Positions 10,721 through 22,499 of a stretch of DNA of 64,000 nucleotides are shown one piece after another. The notes under the pieces were generated by a model. That model made no database searches. It saw only the letters and a list, made by a program, of their open reading frames with translations, and was not told the origin of the DNA. The DNA lies in assembly GCA_033442325.1 (NCBI GenBank), contig JAWQFM010000004.1, positions 2,080,694 to 2,144,693 on the forward strand, given 5' to 3'. Source of the stretch: Salpingoeca rosetta (Eukaryota > Protista > Choanoflagellata). Both the position numbers and the translations under genes were made by a program. The stretch's first letter is position 1; the number at the start of each line of letters is the position of its first letter.

Positions 10721-11636
10721 GCTGCAACGCGCAACAATGGCCAGATCATGACGCAAGTCCAACTCTGCGCTGCGCAATCAAGCGAGCACCCCTCTGTCCG
10801 TCCCCTCAACAATGCCGAGTCTTCCTTTGTCACTCTGCCTCCTTTCGCCCGTGTCAGGCGTCACCGATAATTAGTTGGAGATGCTGTTGGATTTTCCGTA
10901 TCCCTGTTGTCAGGTGCCGCGGAATGCCACAACAGCACCACAACACAACAAAGCACCAAAGGAAGCGAACTCAGCGCACAAGCCAAAGTTGGAGAGAGGC
11001 GAGCGCGCTCCTCTGCTCTCTCAAGCAAGCAAGAAAGGGGAGGAGTTGCGTATGGGCATTTGTTGACGACGGCAGCACAACCGCACCGCAGCAGCCAAGC
11101 GCAAGCAACACAACGCAGCCACATCTGCACGGAGTTGCGCATGCACGTGCGTGTTTGACGGGTCAAACCAAACTCCACGCACCCTGCCAAGGCCACACTC
11201 AATTACTTCCTCGCTCGACTTGGCGGGACTCGCACACCCATCACATCACGACCCCTTCCAGAAACAGCTGCACCAACAACACGAACAGAAACCAGCAGCA
11301 ACAAGCACCACCGCAACAACTGCAAGCAGCCGCAACAAGTGGCAAACGCGTGTTAGGTTCAGCCTAGCCGCACTTGGTTGGCCCGTCCTCCTTTCATCCC
11401 GCCACACCACTGATCAGACTCGCCACTGACAACACACAACACACACATCGCGACGCCACCTCTCAACAGTCTCCATTTCACGGCTTATCCTTGCTTGTTT
11501 GACACCAACCAACACCGCACGAGCACACCAAACGCACGAGCGACTCAAACAATCACGAGCACCTACCACCTTTCGTATTGTATCGCGCTGTGCTTGAGAA
11601 CGAAGCACGCCAATCAAGTACGTACACATCTCTTTA

Positions 11637-11707
<71 letters not shown>

Positions 11708-12665
11708 GCATAATGAGTGGCAGTTGACACAAACATTCATACGTGTTCGCGATGATGTGCTGTCCCACCCCCATACCCTCCCTTGCCTTCGCGTGCGTTT
11801 TCTATGTTTCGTTCCGTTCACCCAGCATGGTCCTTTGAGCATGCGTGCGCTTCTGCCTGTTCTTCCCTTGTGCCTTTCTTGTGAAGTCGGCGCGACGGCG
11901 GTCGTGCTCTGCCGTTCCTTTTCCTTCCCTTGTCAGCCATGGGGCGTGTCTTTGTAATGTAACACAACGTCGGTGCTGAAGCCGCTTGCACTGCGATGTG
12001 TACAACTCACATGCACACGACATCATGCTACACACGTCATGATGACATGTGGCAGTGGGCGTGCCGTGTTTGTTGACGTTCGCTTCTGTGGTTGTACCCT
12101 CACACCTTTGTTTCTTACATTCACTATTGTGTTGTGTTGAGACACACAAGTACCCTTTGTTCAAAGTCGATGGCATCTGTATTGCGTGTACCTTCCTTGT
12201 TCCGTTCTTCTTCTCGGCCGTTGTTCTTCTCCTTCCCCTGTGCTTCTTTTCAAATTGCTTCCTCCTCCTCCCTCCTCCTCATCCACCGCCCTTTTGGTGT
12301 ACACCTTATTCCGACAGCGCGGCGCGCCATTTGTTGCGCCCCCACCCCATTGTCCTTCTGTCCACGTCTCTCGATCGAGTACACCTCCTTCACTGCCTGT
12401 CTGCGTTAGTTTGTCTGTTCATGCACCCCTCTGTGTTTGTGTCCACTGTTCATTTCCTTCTCACCCACCCCCCATTCCCGTGTGTCCGTCGACGCATTTT
12501 GCTGCGCAGCACTCACCATCCTCACTCACCATCCACAACCCCTCCCCCAAACACACACTTCGTGTTCCTCATCCTCTTCTGTTCTCTCTTCTTCGCTTTA
12601 CATCAGGCCGCCTTTGACTTGCCCTGCCGGGAGCAAGACAGATAGACAGATAGACAGAGAGGGCG

Positions 12666-15329
12666 ATGCAAGAGATGTCTGCGCTCACACGCGGCTCGCA
12701 CGCGGGCATTGGTCTGCCCATGGACACGCAATCGGTCGTCACCATTGAAGACGACGAGTTTGAGGCCATCCTGGAAGCCATTCGCGATCACCTCGAGCAC
12801 ACGGAGGAGACCCTGCAGGATGCACTGCAGCGCCACGACACCCTCCAGCACCAACACCAACACCAACTGCACCATGGCGACGAGCACCAAACCCCGCGCG
12901 GACACTCACCATCATCGCCATCGTCATCTGTACGCGCAGCGACGCGCCAGCTTGCCACCCTCTCGCGCGACAAGGTGATGGGCCTCCCACCGCACGTGAT
13001 TGAGGCGGCCTTGCACAGGGTGTCACGGGCCGAGCGTGCGCGCGGCGGGTCTGCAGGCGCACGTCGCATCGACAACCGCAACGCCGCGTTTATCCAGCGC
13101 ATTCGCGAGCGGCAGCGGGCAAATGCGGCAGCGACACGCGCGCGGTTGCAGCTGGAAGTCGACCTGCCGAGCGAGGACAGGGCAGACGAGATCCTCGCTG
13201 AGCGCGCAGATGCGGTTGCGGACGCGAAGGAGGCGTATGCGACGGCCCTGCGCGCAAAGGTGGCGCGCCAGCGCAAGCAGCAGCGGGAGCGGGAAGAAGC
13301 ACAGGCGCGCAAGGAGGAGGCAGCACGCGCACGTGTGCTCCGCGCAGCGCAGCAGAAGCAGCAGAACACGCATGTGGTTGAGGACCAACGACGACAGCAG
13401 GCGGAGACGGAGCAAGCCATGGCGTCGTACCTTAACCAGCTGCCAAAGTCGCAGTTTTACCGCGATATCCAACAGGAGCACGAGTCACGGCAGCGTGTTA
13501 CGCGCATCATGGGGTCGCTCAAGAAGACTGGCACCACCAACCTTTACAACAACAACAACGGCGGCAGCGGCAGCAACAACCACCATCACCATGACAGCCC
13601 TGCGCTCCGTCGCAACGTTGGCGTTACGCGCAGCACGCCCAACTTGCACGGCCCGCCCGTGAACGTGTCATCCGTGCCGCCGAGTCCAAGTTTCAGCGAA
13701 GAGGGTGACGGCGATATTGACAGCGGTGATGGCGATGATCGCGGCGGTGCGAGCGCGGGGAATGACACCTCCCCCGTGAACTCGTGGGCGCTGACTGGCG
13801 TGGAGCAAGCAGCACACCGCCGCGCCCTGCAGCGCCAGCAGACCAAGGGCAGGAGCACAAGCACACCAACCAACAACGCCAACACGAGCGTGTCCAGTGA
13901 CGGCAGCAGCCCGTATCCGCCCAAAGGCAGTAAAGGCCGCCGCAACAGCTCCTCTGTCTCCCCGCGCGCTGTTCGGCGTACGGGTGCACACGACCATGGG
14001 TCTGCCACGGCGCACGGCAGCAGCAAAGCCACGCCGCTGGGGCGCAGCGCACACACGCAGAGCCTTCACGATGGCCGCCATGGCAACACCCACCAGCAGC
14101 AGCATCTTCAGCATCAGCATGGTAGTGTTGCTGGCAGCAACGGTCGGCGTCGTGGTCTGCACCGCCGCCGGGCCACGGTGAGCGATTTGCTGTCGCTCGT
14201 GGAGGAGAAGGAAGGCAGTGGCACGCCAGCAGCTGGCGCACCATCGCAGCGCCGCACGCGCGGACGGGCGCGCGCGGACAGCACCAAGGCAGAGGTGACG
14301 TCGCGACTGAATGCGGAGTACCGCACGCTTGAGGACTGGCAGCAGCGGCCGGACCTCAAGGTCATGCGCACCATCTTCGGCACGGACACGGACACGCAGC
14401 TGCGCGAACAGCAGCGGCGGCAGCAGTTGCAGCGCGAGCAGGAGCGGCGGCTGGCCCGGCGCGCGGCTAAACGCAAGGAGCTGAAGGATAGGATCCTATC
14501 CATGGCGCACGAGGCGCTGATGCAACTTGACGAACAAGAGCGGCTGGCGCGTGCAATGGGGGACATGGATTTCAACATGGACGTGTCTGGAGACGCGCAG
14601 TCCTACACGGCGTCGTTTCTGGAGGAGAGCCTGCGCAACGGGCTCGGTCGTCTGCAGAAGGTGGAGGGCGAGATGCAGGCCATGGTTGCGCTCGCCAGCG
14701 GCAAGGGCAGTGCAGCGAACAGCCAGAGCGGCGCTGATGGAAGTGGAAGCGATGGCGGTGACGGGCGGGGTCGACAGACGGCAGCGCGGCGGCGGTGGAG
14801 CCGGGCAGTGGCAAAGGCGCGCAGGATGAGGCGGGGGTCCAAGATGGGCAACACCACCCACACCTCCACGTCCAGCAGTGGGGCCAATGGTGACGGAAAT
14901 GGGGCCGGTACAGGGGCAACAGCGGCGCCGCGTGCAGCCCGGAGGCCACTGCGACGCAGCACAACGCTGCTGGCCAAGCCAATGCCGGTTGAGGTGGGCA
15001 CGCGCCGGCTCCCGACACCATATCGCAACCCCGAGCACGCAGGACAGCAGGATGGTGGTAGAGATTGCGGGAGTGATGGTGGTGTGGAGCAGGGAAAAGG
15101 TGACGCCGGTACAACGACGCGTGACGGTGCGGAGGGTGCAGATGGCGAAGAAGCAGCAGAGGCAGCGGTGGCGGCGCAAGTTGGAGTGCTGCACGAAGCA
15201 CAGCAAGACGAGCAGCAGCAGCAGCAACAACAACAACAGGTACAGGTGCATCATCACGTGCACTCTGAGCATGACTTTGCACACGATGATCAGCAGGAAG
15301 CGATGTCGGTGTCTGCGTCGTCGAGCTGA
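12666..15329 (+). CDS. Hypothetical 887-aa protein with coiled-coil and low-complexity regions
   Basis: Uninterrupted 2.66-kb ORF with GC-rich codon usage and E/Q/R/A-rich helical segments. No domain recognised. Confidence 0.75.
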   Translation: MQEMSALTRGSHAGIGLPMDTQSVVTIEDDEFEAILEAIRDHLEHTEETLQDALQRHDTLQHQHQHQLHHGDEHQTPRGHSPSSPSSSVRAATRQLATLSRDKVMGLPPHVIEAALHRVSRAERARGGSAGARRIDNRNAAFIQRIRERQRANAAATRARLQLEVDLPSEDRADEILAERADAVADAKEAYATALRAKVARQRKQQREREEAQARKEEAARARVLRAAQQKQQNTHVVEDQRRQQAETEQAMASYLNQLPKSQFYRDIQQEHESRQRVTRIMGSLKKTGTTNLYNNNNGGSGSNNHHHHDSPALRRNVGVTRSTPNLHGPPVNVSSVPPSPSFSEEGDGDIDSGDGDDRGGASAGNDTSPVNSWALTGVEQAAHRRALQRQQTKGRSTSTPTNNANTSVSSDGSSPYPPKGSKGRRNSSSVSPRAVRRTGAHDHGSATAHGSSKATPLGRSAHTQSLHDGRHGNTHQQQHLQHQHGSVAGSNGRRRGLHRRRATVSDLLSLVEEKEGSGTPAAGAPSQRRTRGRARADSTKAEVTSRLNAEYRTLEDWQQRPDLKVMRTIFGTDTDTQLREQQRRQQLQREQERRLARRAAKRKELKDRILSMAHEALMQLDEQERLARAMGDMDFNMDVSGDAQSYTASFLEESLRNGLGRLQKVEGEMQAMVALASGKGSAANSQSGADGSGSDGGDGRGRQTAARRRWSRAVAKARRMRRGSKMGNTTHTSTSSSGANGDGNGAGTGATAAPRAARRPLRRSTTLLAKPMPVEVGTRRLPTPYRNPEHAGQQDGGRDCGSDGGVEQGKGDAGTTTRDGAEGADGEEAAEAAVAAQVGVLHEAQQDEQQQQQQQQQVQVHHHVHSEHDFAHDDQQEAMSVSASSS

Positions 15330-15702
15330 TATCAAAGTGGCGGTTGTCTTGTAGTGCTCGTTTATGGCCACGTGTTTGTTTCGTTCCCCGTGCTTTGTTG
15401 GAGCATAATTTATTTCTGCAATGCCGCCTGCGTCTGTTGTGCTTGCTCCTTCTCTCCTTTATGTTGCGTTTCCTTCGTTGTGGACTGCAGTTTCCTCCTT
15501 TCTTTCTTTCTTTCCTTCTTTCCTCCTTCCTTCACCCCTTCTCATTTGAGTTGAGTTTATTTTGCATTTGAATCACTGTATGCAAGCCATTAGGGAGGTT
15601 TACCCTTGCTATGCATTACCCATTTAGTCAGTTGTCTTAGGTGCTTGTTCTCTTGAGAAAGCAATGAACGCGCGCGCGAACTTACGACAATACGCTTCTC
15701 AG

Positions 15703-15780
<78 letters not shown>

Positions 15781-15809
15781 GGTTGTTGTTGTTGTTGTTG
15801 TTGTTGTTG
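15703..15809. repeat. (TTG)n microsatellite
   Basis: About 35 near-perfect TTG units between convergent genes. Confidence 0.97.
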
Positions 15810-16052
15810 GTCGTTTAATGGGCAAGCAGCATGAATTTCAAGGAAAGAGCACACACGTGCACACAAACACACACATACGCACATGTCTTTGTCAAAACGC
15901 GTCACTGCAATGATCAACGCAAAGCATGATCATCAGGAATCAACACGGCTCAACATAAACGCACACGCACAACAGGCAACTCGTTGTGCAGTCTCAAAAT
16001 AAAACGAAAAACACAACAGCAGCAGCAACAGGGCAAATACAAGCAGCTCTTG

Positions 16053-17336
16053 TTACACTTGATCGCACCTAGCCCCTGAAAGCTCATTACTACCATCACC
16101 ATCATCACCATCACCACCAACATCACCTTCATCATCATCATCATCATCCGCGCTGGTGACGCTGACGAGGGGAGCGTGGTGGCGGTTCGTGTTTCCGTCT
16201 GCGTGCACTGCTGCTGATGGTGGTGGTGCAGTTGTGTTCCTCACGGCTGTGTCCGTCGCCTTGTCGGTGCTGGGTGCCGTTGGCGTGATGGTTGCCATGG
16301 ACGATGATGACGACGACGATGGCTGCATGGAGGCGCGCGTGTCCTGGTCAGCAGCCATCGCAGCCTGCGGATTCAAAAGTGGGGGCGCACTGGCCCGTCC
16401 GTCCGTGTGCGGCGTCTGCACCGACTGGGAACCTCCGGGAAACTCCATCGTCCTCGCAGCGCTCACGGGCGACAGCCGGTTGCTGTCCACTGCACCTGCG
16501 TTGGCGTGACCGTTGTTGCCGTCGCACTCGTCGCCTTCTGGGATGTCAAAGTCGCTCGTCTGCGACTGCGAGAGGTCGAGAGGGGAGCGCGGTGAACGAT
16601 AGCGTGAGCTGCCAACGCGGAGCTTGCGCAACAGCGTCGATGGCTGCTCGTGCTTTGACATGAGCAGAGCGTCACGGAGGGTCGCCTGCCACTGCAGATC
16701 AAACCCAATGTGCTCCAGATAGGCTGCAATGGACCCGTAGGTTTCGTCAATGTAGTCGAGGGTCTTCTCCATGGTTTCCGGTTTGGCCCGCGCCCACTCC
16801 TCCGGGTCAAGCTGGGGCGCCTCACTCTGGTCATCGTGGATGGTGGCAATTGATGATGATGATGAGGAAGGGGGGGGGGGAGGAGGGAGAGGTTCCAGTA
16901 GGGACAGCGAACAGCGAGGGCAATGTACACAAAAGTGGGACACGCACAAACACACAACACACACACACAGACACATACACACAAACACATACACACACAT
17001 ACACACACAAACACATACACACACACACACAGTCATACACACACAGACATACAATAACCATCACGTGACTCACCGCAAACCTGCCCCTGCCCTCCTCGCT
17101 GCTGCCGTATTCGTCGGAGAGCGAGTAGTCGAGCACAATCTCGTTGCGCGGAACACCGACGGCGCCCATGATCAGCGCTGCGCTCAGACCCGTCCGGTCT
17201 TTGCCGTGCGAGCAGTGGATCACAATCGGGTGGTTGCGCACGTCTGAACACCACATGTGTGTGTGTGTGTGTGTGTCGTTGTGTGAGTCGTGAGCGACAC
17301 AGGCGCAAGCTTGGCTCGAATCAGTTACGTTCGGCA

Positions 17337-17388
<52 letters not shown>

Positions 17389-17642
17389 GGGGTGTCGGCT
17401 AAAACCCTACTGAAACGAGAGAGGTCTCTCCTCCTTGAGGCGACGAGAAAATCGCATACGCGCTTAGCCATGGTAATGAATATAGAACACTGAACTCTCG
17501 TAAGAAGTTTTGTGGGGGTTTTCTTGTACAGAATGATCAGATATGGCAACTAAATTGGATGGATCGTCTTTTTATCGACTCCTCCGCACCTTTTGCGGGC
17601 CCCACACAATTGAGTCAACCCCCCATGGCAATCGACGACGAC

Positions 17643-17711
<69 letters not shown>

Positions 17712-18068
17712 CGATCCCTTTGCGCGGGAAAAGTAGGATGGCTTGAAGAGGACGGCGCCAGCCATGTAGTACATGCCCATCTTGGCCATCTGCTTTGCAC
17801 TGAGCATCTTCATCACCACGCCCTTCATCTTGCTGCGCGGGACATACGGCAGCCGCACAAGCCGCCGCTGCGACGCCGTCAGCTGCCCATGTGGTGTTGG
17901 GGGTGTTGGTGGTAGTGTGTTACGAAGGCCGTGGCAGGGCAAACCAAGAAGAAACAAGAAAGGGAAGAACACACACTTGAAACCACGAACACACGCACAT
18001 AAACTCACGAACACATAAAACCACGAACACCCACACACCCACACGCACACACACACACACACACACCC

Positions 18069-18164
<96 letters not shown>

Positions 18165-19676
18165 CCACACACTCACACCACACCCACACCCACACACACC
18201 CACACACACACCCACACCTCTTCAACAGAGATGTCCTTGGGATCGTGGCCGTCCGCATCTCCATGGGTGTTGTCGTTACCATCGCCGTCGTCATCGTCAT
18301 GACTATCAACACTGCGCGCTTTCCGCAAGCTCTTATCATCCTGTTGTTGTTGTTGCTGGTGCTGTTGCTGCTGCTGGTGTTGTTCCTGGTCGTGGTCCGC
18401 GTCGCTGCTTGTGGAGAGGTGGGGTGTGTGCGCGTGCCGGGAGCGGTGGGAGTTGCGGAAGCGACGAGACATGCGCTCGCGAAGGCCGCGGCGGTGGTGG
18501 CGCTTTGCAGCCTGGACGTGCACCCAGCAGAGGGAGGCGACGGCGTTAGCTGTGTGAGGCACGCACTCATTAACTCGCACCGCAATCAAGCAACACACTG
18601 TGCACACATTGCAAGCACACATACCATGTGTGTGTGTTCACACACAGACACACATACACACATACATACATACACACATACATACACACGCACGCACACA
18701 CACACACACACGCACACATTCCTCACCTCTGGAAACTGCTTGACAATGACGCGATCACCATCGTCGCGCTCTGCTTCGTCAATTTCCCGAAAGTCCACCA
18801 CCGTCTGATTCCCATCACATCACATCACGGCACGGCACATACGTGGAAGGAAGGAAAGCATTGGACCACAGTGAGACGATGCACAATCGTTGTTTGGGGC
18901 GGGGAAAGCAGGCTGTGACGAGCTTGCTTGGACGCGACAGAGAAGGGTTTGTGATATTACCATGATGCCCAGGCGGTGGATCAAGATTTCCAGGTCCTGT
19001 TCTGAAGCTTGACTTGGTGTTGCAGATCGGTACACTGTGTTGGGCTGCACGTGTGTGGGTGAGTGAGTGAGTGAGTGAGTGAGTGAGCGAGTGAGTGAGT
19101 GAGTGAGTGAGAGTGTGCATGCGTGTGCGCATGTGAGTGAGTGAGTGAGTGAGTGAGTGTGCGCATGTGAGTGAGTGAGTGAGTGAGTGTGTGTGTGTGT
19201 AACTGTGAGTGAGTGAGTGTGTGTGCGTCAAAGACGCGCGAGAGCACAAAGCTGACGCCGTTCCTATTGTTGTTGCTGTGACGACGTGAGAGCAATGCCA
19301 AACGTAGCGACAACAGCAACGCCAACAGACATCAGAACACTGCCCGGACACTAACCTTGATGGCCGGGGCAACCTCGGACAGGTCGCGGAAGTTGGCCAC
19401 TTGGTCCAACACCAGGCAATCCCCGACCGATGAGGACCCTGCAGCAGATTCACACGGGTGTGGTTGTGGTCGTGGTTGTGGTTGTGGTTGGTGACATGAC
19501 GCGTGTTCTCGTTCATCTTCTCGTTGCTGTTGTTGTTGTTGTTGCTGGTGTTGTTTGTGGTGTCCGTGTTGTGGTGGTGGCAGGTTTGCTGCATCGCGGT
19601 GTGTCGCAAGGAAAAGTCTTGGCAAGAAAAGGCAGGCTTGCGGCCTTCCCCACCGCAGCGATCGCGCCACCAACAT
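16053..19676 (-). CDS. Cys-based tyrosine/lipid phosphatase, MptpB/LipA (Y_phosphatase3) type
   Basis: Exons encode VANFRDL, PNTVYRSATP, LGIM/TVVDFRE, P-loop HPIVIHCSHGKDRTG, EIVLDYSLS, and PETMEKTLDYIDETYGSIAAYLEHIGF. The Arg/Leu-rich N-terminus resembles a transit peptide. One internal exon (~17390-17630) is garbled. Confidence 0.88.
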
Positions 19677-20127
19677 CAGTCAGACGAAGCAGACAAGAAG
19701 CAGAGAAGAAGAACAGGAGAGGAGAGATGATGGAGATGGAGGGAGGAAAACACAACCACCACCACAACCACAAGCCACGACAGCACAACAACACTCACTC
19801 CTCATTGGCCGTCGCTGTCGTTCTCCCATCGCTTCTTCTGCTTGACGGTGCTCGGTTGTAGATAAAATACGAACAACATCCACCAATTTTCAACTTCGCG
19901 ATTCTTCGCGCAAAACTTTATGCAATCGTCGTGCCCAATCACGAAAACCAAAACAAAAAAGAAATGAAAAAAAAAAATTGTTGCTGCACCGCTGCCAGCC
20001 AGTGCACCACAACCAATACGAAGCGTCATTCATCGCCATTTCCACTGCTGCATCAACGAACGAACGACCACACACAGCTTCTCTCTTGCCTTGCTTTTGT
20101 TTTGTCGACCGAACCAGCGTTGCAAAG

Positions 20128-20770
20128 ATGTCTGACCTTCCTGCTGAGTGGGTGAAGCGCTGCAAGGAGCTTGTTGGCGGCGAGGTGTTCACTCGCGACG
20201 CTCCCGGCAAGTGGGAGGGCAAGCAGGGCTCCCATGTCCCTGTCACGGAGAAGACCGACGACGGCAAGACCAAAGTCAAGGTGTGTGTGTGTGTGTGTGT
20301 GCGTGTGTGCGTGTCTGTGTGCGTGTGTGTGTGTGTGTGCGTGTGTGCGTGTGTGCGTGTGTATGTCTGTGTGTGCATGTGTATGTATGTGTGTGCGTGT
20401 GCGTGTGCGTGCGCGCGCGTGTGTGAGTGTGAGTGTCTTGCATGTTCATATCCGTCCTTGCCTGGTTGTCACCTTCAGTAACCATGTCTCACCAAACCAC
20501 CCCCTCCCCCCCCCCTCTCTCTCTCTCTCTCTGCCCCCTTCTCTCTTGTCACAGGTCCCCCACGTGATGAAGAAGGGCGAGAGCGACGCCGAGAACCACT
20601 GGATCGAGCTTGTCTTCGTCATGGACAGCGAGGGCGAGGTGGCCGCATGCGCCAAGTTTGCGCCCACGGACGCCGAGGCTGTGCTCGCCTTTGAGCCACA
20701 GGAGGGCAAGTCCTACACCCCATATGGCCTGTGCAACCTCCACGGCCTCTGGAAGGGCGACAACTTCTGA
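20128..20770 (+). CDS. sor: Superoxide reductase (1Fe / neelaredoxin-type catalytic domain), 122 aa
   Basis: Exons 20128-20280 and 20555-20770 (GT-AG, phase 0). Iron ligands occur in canonical order: HVP, HVM, HWIE, CNLHGLW. No N-terminal desulforedoxin domain. Confidence 0.88.
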
Positions 20771-21811
20771 CTCGCTCAGCCCAGCACACGCCAGCGGCAA
20801 GCGCAGCTGCACGCTGGCCCACGTTCCCACCTCTGACAACAACAACAACAACAACAACAGCAACAACAGCAACAACAACACAACGGCGCGTTCACTTGCA
20901 ATGTCCGTGTCTCCCAGCTTTGTTCTGCATTGCTGTTGTTTGGCATGGCACTTGCCTGCTGTTCCGTGTACACGCCCTCTTCACTGTTCTCTTCTTCTTT
21001 CTTTCTGTCTGATCCAACACTTTTGTATCTCCGCGGCTGCCTCATGATGCTCCTGCTGTGTGGCGTACCTTTTGTCTCTGTGTGCATGCCTTGTGTGCAA
21101 TTGTGGCTGTGCTGGCAGCGTGTGGATTGGATGAGCTTGTTCTGGCTTTGTGCTGTTGTGTGTGCGTGCACGCAGGCTGTACGCTGTCTTGCTTGTTCTT
21201 CCCAACCCCCACGCCTGCATTGTTGCTGTTTCACACTGCGCACAATTGATGGATGGTGCCCACGTTGCATGCATCGCTCTATGTGGCGACCCGGAAGTAA
21301 ACGAACACACACGTACACTGAACACGTGAGCTGCAGCTGTTGCGGCTGTGAACATGCACGTTTATTGGGTCAAATCAACACACAAAAAGGCGGTGGTCAA
21401 CGCAAAGCAAACGGTGAAGAGAAGGGACAAATGTCGCGTGTGGATGTGTGGAAGAGAGAGAAAGAGGGAGGGAGTGTGTGTGTGTGTGTATGTGTGTTGT
21501 TGTTGTTGTGGCATGAAGCAGTTCAATCAAAAGCAGAGCGCAACAAGAAGCAAGCAAGAAGACAACAAGACACAGTGTCATGTCGACACGACAACGAAAC
21601 ACGGAAGAAGAAGAAGAACGAATGTGCTACGAGGCTTTCTGTGCTGGGGTATGATGGGATCAGCGAAGAACGAGGGAAAAGTGAAGCAGATTGAAAGCAG
21701 AACAAGCCAGTGCAGGGGTATCGAAAGAAGAAAGGAAGGGAAAGGCAACAACACAGTGACAGTCAACTAACGGGGCGGTGGACGGATGAGTGTGCAGCTA
21801 CCAACACCGCA

Positions 21812-22458
21812 TCAGTGCGTGGTTGCCGCGGCGTCGACTTCGGCGAGCGGCATGCTCTCGTTGGCGGCGCGCTTCGGCTCGCGTGCGGCAGTCACGGCCT
21901 GGGCGGCGTGTGCCCGCGCTTTCTCTGTTGCGATTATGTGTGTGTGTGTGTGTGTGGGGGGGGGGGGGCAAGTGAGGTTCAGGGGCCAAAAAACCCCAAA
22001 GGGGTGACGTACACGTGAAAAATTAAGTCATTCAAGCAAGCGAGGGCAGCACCCCTGAGGAACACACAGCGGCGGGGCACCTGCGACTTGTGCCGGGTTG
22101 ATGGCGACGCTCTTGGGGCCATCTCTGGTTTGTAAATGCCAACGAAACAAACCGCCAGCTGATGACAACACGACAACAAGGACCCGGGACAAATGTGAAC
22201 CCCCCAGTGTAACGCGCCAATTGTGTGTGTGTTTACTTTACTATTACTCTCGAGACAGCGCAGTATGTTAGTTCCGTCGTCACCTCTCGCTTATGTCATA
22301 AGGGCGTGCGCGAGCTCATATATTCCACTCGCACCGACCTGTATGCTTTTTTTTTGTGNNNNNNNNNNNNNNNNNNNNNNNNNNNNNNNNNNNNNNNNNN
22401 NNNNNNNNNNNNNNNNNNNNNNNNNNNNNNNNNNNNNNNNNNNNNNNNNNNNNNNNNN

Positions 22459-22499
<41 letters not shown>

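Noticed and set aside
15570-15700. Atypical AT-rich intergenic patch
   Set aside because: Short, next to a long TTG tract, with no ORF or termini. Probably poor sequence or ordinary 3' intergenic DNA.
17388-17635. AT-richer insert inside a CA tract with GGGG...CCCC ends, resembling a MITE
   Set aside because: It lies where a phosphatase exon is needed, and it still hints at that exon (..FSRVLAD..). The inverted repeats are poor. Most likely low-quality sequence next to microsatellites.
21960-22358. Apparent frameshifts or pseudogenisation of the SMC4 C-terminus
   Set aside because: Garbled version of the expected LVGIYK...SVAINP next to an N gap. Read-quality artefact; SMC4 is essential.
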